Source: the human T2T-CHM13v2.0 reference genome, Homo sapiens
Length of the DNA: 64,000 nt
Assembly (NCBI RefSeq): GCF_009914755.1
Contig: NC_060926.1
Direction: 5' to 3' (one strand)
Below, piece after piece: positions 58,131 to 64,000 of this stretch. A program made the position numbers and the translations under genes. The notes beneath the pieces are model-generated. The model did not search any database, had not been told where the DNA came from, and saw nothing but the letters and a program-made list of their open reading frames with translations. The first letter of the stretch is position 1. Each line of letters opens with the position of its first letter.

Positions 58131-58405
58131 TAATTGTGAGCATGATCAGGGATATGCATTCTGTTCTTTAAGAAATGCTGCTATCATCTAATTTTTTTTT
58201 TTCAATGGAGTGGGGGCAAATAAAAGTAAAGTGACTTTCCACGCATAGCAGATCCAATATGCTCAAATGTCACCCAAAGGAGTAGAGTTAAAGCCATGGC
58301 TGGAAGTTCATGAGCATCAATCCTGACTCAGTATATTGAAGAGTATTTTAGAAGTAAAAGCTGTACCAAACATGGGATTAGTCTTCTTGTCATTCATTCA
58401 TAAAC

Positions 58406-58535
58406 TTTTTATTTCTTTAGAGATGAGGTCTTGCTATGTTGCCCAGGGTGGACTCAAATTCCTGGGCTCAACTGATCCTCTCTCCTCAACCTCCAGAGTA
58501 GCTAGGACTACAGGCATGGGTCACTGTGCCCTGCC
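58406..58535 (-). mobile_element. FLAM (free left Alu monomer)
   Basis: gagatgaggtcttgctatgttgcccagg...gctaggactacaggcatg. Confidence 0.8.
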
Positions 58536-60159
58536 GAGAATTCACAAACATTTCTTGAGTGAAGACTCTTTGTTATGCATGGTGCTAGATTGTGAGTAGT
58601 GGACACTTTTTCTTCTGAGGCAGTCTTATATCAACACTTTATGCTGACTTTGTAAGAATATTCATGTTTTAAGAAGATACACAAAAACTATTTATTTAGC
58701 ATTTATGGGTTTCAGTGATCAGCTGGCATTTTCTTTTCCTCAGAATTTAAAATATCTTCTGTAGGCTAACCAAAATATCACTGGGTAACTACCTACATTT
58801 CCTTTGAATTGGCAGTTGGGAGCACTGGTATCACTTCCTCTACCAAACTGTACAGAACTACTGTTATGTACCAAAGACCATAAATCACAGAGTTGCTGGG
58901 ATTGTGAAAAAAATATTGAGACTGGCTGTCTCATCTTACAAATAAGGAAACCAAAGTCCAAGTGGGGCAAGTACTACCTGTAATGACATATCCAAAATGA
59001 GAGCACAGGTCCACTGAATCGTCCTTAGTACTCTATCCAATGCTCCACTATCTGCCCATAATATCCCACAGGTTACTATGTGTCGACACAAAGATAGACT
59101 AGGATTGACCTGAACAAACAGCCACAGTTATGTTAAACAAGCACCGTTTCCACCTCTCATAAGCTGTGTCTGATTTGCCATAAATCTCAAGCCAAATACG
59201 TCCAGTGAGTTGTACATTTATCATGTTAAGATGAAGGCTCTACTGGTGATAGATTTACTAAAAATATTCCAATCTTGTAATCTAAAGGACTTCAGCCTCA
59301 GGTGATATGGGGCCAGCAGCCAACATTGGAAAGACCACATCATGAAGTGAGGCTATACCGCCCTCTAGGGAGAGATGCTTGAAAAACCAGGGTCGACGCC
59401 TAAGTAAGGGGGTCACAGATTAGGTTTAAGTGGTTAAAATTTTATGTCTTCACAAAAAGTTTCCAACTACAGAAGAGTATTTAATTTTTCGCTAAGATGT
59501 AATATTCTACCTACCAAGAAAATCAATCACTGAATCAAAATATTAAAAAATAGGTGATATTAAGTTCTATAACAGTAAAACCTTAAGAAGGGAAGCTCTC
59601 TGAACATTAAAATACTCAGCCGAATTTCTAAATTAGTAAGACTTCAAAAAAGAAGACCATAATATCCACTATGTCCACTTATTAGCTTCAATCAAATAAG
59701 AGATTACTTTTGCAATTATTCTTCATGCAAAAAGATCTGTTAATCTCCCTGAGTGTCTCCCTACAAATCTCATTTCACCTGGGTGGCTCTTGGCAAGGTT
59801 AGCAGAATGTCGTCTGCAGAGAAGAAATGCAGAAATGCAGTTGAAGGGAACAATGACAAAGGCAAGCCCTAAGGCAAAAAAAAAAAAAGAAAGAAAAAAG
59901 AAAACAACAACAAAAACATGAAAACTGTATTCAGAGTTTGCTTACAAAGAGAAAACTCTCCAAAGCAATGAACTGAAACTGGCCACTGGAAAGACTTGTT
60001 TATAGATGTTCATTTTGACTCAATAGTACGCTGGAGTCCTACTCTTTATTTAATGATATGGTCAAGTCATGCAGGCTGATGTGGATGTGATCAGAGAGAC
60101 TAACAAGAGTCTTTGTGTTGCCCTCCTGCATAGTTGAGGGATTAGATTTCTTTAAGAGT

Positions 60160-60631
60160 TGTACTGGTTAACCGTTAACTGAGTAACAAACTGCCCCAAA
60201 CACTCAGGGGCATAGAAAAAAATGCAGCCATTTTTTCATGTGGCTAAGGAGCCTAAAGGTTGTCTGGGCAGTTCTTCTGGCATTGGCTGGGGCTTTACTC
60301 ATGCATCTGCAGTCAGCTGCAGGTCCACTAGGCAGTTCTGAGGGTGTGTGGGGCCTTGGCTAGAATAACCAGGTAGATTCAGCTCTTTTCCTTAAATCTC
60401 ATCTGCCAGCAACCAAGCCAGGCATTTTCCTATGGCAATGGCAGAGGATCAAGAGAGGAAGAAGAGGCAGTCAAGAACCTTTTAAGCCTTGCTGTGTTTA
60501 GTTTATTAGTGTCTCATGGGCCAAAGCAAATTTTAACAAGAAGCCTAAACTCAGTGTGGGAGGGCACCCCCAAAGGGCCTGGATAGAGAGAAGTATGAAG
60601 AACTGGGGAGGTGAATGCAATTAATTTGCCA
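60160..60631 (-). mobile_element. MLT1G/H-like solo LTR
   Basis: gtaacaaactgccccaaa...ctcatgcatctgcagtcagctgc...gggccaaagcaa. Confidence 0.7.
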
Positions 60632-60697
60632 GGCCAGGGGACAGAATCTTATATTGTCCCCTAGACAACCTAGAGGAAAATATAAAATTCTGTCTCC

Positions 60698-60777
60698 TGG
60701 CCTGGTAAACTGATACCTTAGAGGCATTTGCTTTGTGTGTATCTTAGATAAAATGCCTCCAAGGTATCAGTCACTGG
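60698..60777 (-). ncRNA. MIR4439: miRNA hairpin hsa-mir-4439; mature GUGACUGAUACCUUGGAGGCAU at 60774-60753
   Basis: 20-bp arms 60710-60729 and 60751-60770; the single DNA mismatch becomes a G-U wobble only on the minus strand. The 80-nt sequence matches the recalled mir-4439 precursor. Confidence 0.88.
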
Positions 60778-61976
60778 TACCCTAGCTGACATCAGTTTCT
60801 TTTAGAAGAGCAGACTTTGAGAAAGGGAAGGGACACTGGGAAAGGGAACGTAAGATCAGTTCAGGCACTTCATCTTTTGATTCAAATAAGACAGTTCATA
60901 CAATTTTGGGGGTTAACATTATTACAGAATGAATTAGAGTTGGGAATATAGATTAAAAGTTGAAAAAGAAATACAGAAAAGCAAATCAAAATTTTTTTTC
61001 AAAGACAGACATCAACTAATGCAGAATGAGAAACAAGATAAATCCTGCAAAACTTTTCCAAGGAAGCATTCAGCCTCTATCAAATGGGTCAGCTAAGAAG
61101 CTAAACGGCACAGCAAGGACATACTGATCCCATCATCTTCATGGTTCTAAATCAAACCAAACGTAGGTAAAAGGCCTGATATCTTCTCAGCTGATGAGTC
61201 AAATACTTCGAAGGGAAAATATAGTAAAATATTTCAAGGTTTGGAAGACAGCTTGGCTGTGACACATTCTGACTCACAACAAGTCATGAGTTTTCTGACA
61301 AAGCAAAAGTAGTGATGGAAAATATTGATATGATATCTATCATAGCATATGTATATAGTCAAAGTTCTTTCACAGCAAGCAAGTGTTGCCAAATGATCAG
61401 TTCAAAGAAGATTTCACGCCAATGAAGATGATTACAAAAAGGAAAAAGAGGCAATGTCGCAGTAGTTGCCAGAAAGGACTTACGGCTTTTCAGGTAGGTA
61501 GATAAGTCACAGGTACAAAGAAAAAATGAGATAGAAGCACATATTTGCCACACAAATAAACCTGCTAGAAGTATTCATGCTGGAAGTTTCAGCTTCCTAA
61601 AGTGACTCTTTCCATAGCCAGAGAGAAAAGAGGTTGCAAGATCAAGTTACTTTAAAGAAGAAATGAAATTCAAATTAAATTAACTCTTAGAGTGTTGAAT
61701 ATTGACATCAATGCCACCAGCCAATGTGAAGGTAAAGAGAGGCCTGCAGTTATGACTTCAGGACATACATGGCTTTCTTATAAAATGTTTATGTTGGCAG
61801 TTTTACTGCAAATAATACCTTCGAAACTGAAATGCATCTATTTAATCCTGATTTTTAAACAGTAAAGACTCTGAACTTTAGCAAAGAAAATCAACCAAGT
61901 CAAGTCCAGAGTTGGGTGCAGTTGAATGAAAGGAAGACGTTGGGGCTTGCAGGGACATCTGGCTTCCAGCAGGGAG

Positions 61977-62014
61977 GCCACGTCAATATGCAAATTGCCA
62001 CAGGCATTATAAAA
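61977..62014 (+). promoter_or_regulatory. UPRE/CRE + octamer + TATA-like cluster
   Basis: GCCACGTCA 61977-61985, ATGCAAAT 61988-61995, TATAAAA 62008-62014, in a CpG-retaining non-repeat segment. Confidence 0.4.
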
Positions 62015-62869
62015 TGGCACCCAAAATGTTAGGCTCTGCAAGAACGGTCTAGCTGCCCTTAGCTACAGCGTAAGCCGAAGTACCCAGAGTCAAAACGACC
62101 TGAGCTGCTCTGTGGGACATGCCCCAACGAGAACATCATCAGGGCAAGCTCAATGCACATACGCAACTGAATTAAAAACGAGCTCACATGTACTGTCGGG
62201 AAGAAGAAAAATAAGCCTTCTAAATTCATTCAGCAGAGAGTAGGACTTGAAAATGGCTTTGCCCAATATTATTATTATCAATAATAATTCAGTATTATGC
62301 ATATCATGTCTCCAGATTTCTCAGAATGAGGCCCCACTCATTCAGAATTTGAAATCCATAAGCAGGGTGAAAATATTTCCTCTGGCTATGCTAAGGGAAA
62401 CTTGAGGCCCAGACACTTAGACTTGCCATCAGTTCCACTGAGTTGGTAGCTTAACGGCTCTTTGCTCAGAGGTTTTAACCTCTGCTCTGGACCAGACTGA
62501 AATGAACAGTAATCGCATATGCTCCTTTCACACGAACCAAAAGCTGAACGTACCCTGAATTACCTCTTTGTTAAATAAGGAGGTTTAAAAAGCATTTGCA
62601 GGCATGCATGTCAATTAGGGACAATACATCAATCATCCAGAGCATGCTTCCAAGTTCATTTTATTTCAGTAATAATTTTGTACTAAATTCCATCCGCCTC
62701 TACTTTACTTTCAAAATAGGATGAAGACAATTCCCAAATTCTTTAATATACTTGTATAGTGCTTGCTTTTTCAGTTTTATAACCAGCTTTTAAAAAATTG
62801 TAGTGCCAATAGAAATTGGCTTCTCCATCAGATAGTCCAAAAGAGATTATTAACATATAGCTCCCTAGA

Positions 62870-63130
62870 GTTAGCAAGGCATTTACAAGTTGCAAAGCAT
62901 TTATCTCATTTGATGCACATAACTCATAATAATAATAATGGTTAACAATTATGTTGTATAATAGATACAATCCTAAACATTACTTGCTGTTTAAACAAAC
63001 TAATCTTTACAAAAACTATAAAATAGGTATGATTTTTATTCCCATTTGTACAAAAAAGAAAATTAAAGCCCAGGAAGGTCCTATTAGTTGTTTAATGCCA
63101 CAGAGGCTAATATTCATAAGCCTTAGTTCC
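62870..63130 (-). mobile_element. MIR-like fragments
   Basis: tctcatttgatgcacataac; ttttattcccatttgtacaaaaaagaaaattaaagccc. Confidence 0.55.
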
Positions 63131-64000
63131 ATATTAAAACATTTAGTTTTAGCTTATGTATTAAATAATTGAGCTTCTATTAGATTACCACTTCGCTATG
63201 ATGGCAGGGTGTTACTATACTTTTAAAGAAGTCTTTTCCAGAGTGCTTTGTTATTTCCCTGTAATCAGGACCAAATTCCTCTTTTGAACATTAATTTAAC
63301 TGGGTACTTTTCTTAGTATTCATTTTCCTCATATTTCCTGGAACTTTAGTCTGCAGATTAATCTTGAGTCAGATTAATCAGTGAGTCCTGATTAGTCCTT
63401 TGAGTTAGTTCACATCAGGGAGATTGCACAAATCATTTCTTTGTTAAAATCAAACCACATTCCCTTTTACTGCCAGTTAGTATATAAAATTTTCAGTACC
63501 CTATAGGAAAGTAATCACTTACCTATTGGATGACAAGCATCATCAAAATCTCCTGACTATAAAGGTCCCTGATCACTCAAAAGTACATCCACTGGTGCTT
63601 GTATAGTTAAGTGTGCAGCTGTGAAATGTACGTCAAGGTTCACAGTATCCGAAAGTACTATGTCTCAGAAATGGCTCCACAAGTTTAGTTAAATCCCATT
63701 TATTAACTGGTGTTTCTCTTAACTGCTAAGATCATGAGCAGAAAGTTCATGATTCTGAAGTGAATGAAATGATGTAGGTCAGATCACTCCAACCAAAGTG
63801 AAGTGGAGAGCTGAGGCATGTTAATCAACCAACCAACCTAGATTCTCGCATTCCCTAGATAATAACCTCTCAGGGCTTCCTGTGCTCAGTGTGGGGCAAT
63901 GTACTCTATCTGCACTTGACTTTACTTAAGAACAGGCTTGAGTGAAGGCATCCTACATGTGCAGTGCTTACTGCCAGTTTTTGAAACAGGTATTTACAAT

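Overview
This is primate, very likely human, AT-rich repeat-dense genomic DNA; a full-length AluYa5 supports human origin. None of the supplied ORFs looks like a real gene: they are Alu, MaLR, microsatellite or chance ORFs. Two independent signals place the window inside the long first intron of DOCK10 (Zizimin-3), transcribed on the minus strand. (1) An 80-nt hairpin at 60698-60777 (-) matches my recollection of hsa-mir-4439, a DOCK10-intronic miRNA annotation. (2) A coding exon missed by the ORF track at 32603-32442 (-) encodes MGCTASIVLLQAFRSVVQRSCPHICRRRQEEPSHEILPLESDDEMNRPRTLIIM and ends at a phase-0 donor. It is colinear with the recalled MGCTTSVILFKGIRTVFERNC... alternative N-terminus of mouse DOCK9. 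This exon is the key finding: a probable third DOCK10 N-terminus, besides DOCK10.1 and DOCK10.2, with a G-alpha-i/Src-type myristoylation plus palmitoylation signal. Around it are an overlapping upstream ORF, candidate promoter elements and a 50-nt cassette exon candidate (41099-41050) that restores frame only when included together with it. The rest is Alu, MIR, L2, L3, L1, MaLR LTR and hAT/mariner fossils, microsatellites, local duplications and a few enhancer-like motif clusters. Gene and repeat names come from memory, not database searches, and boundaries of old repeats are approximate.
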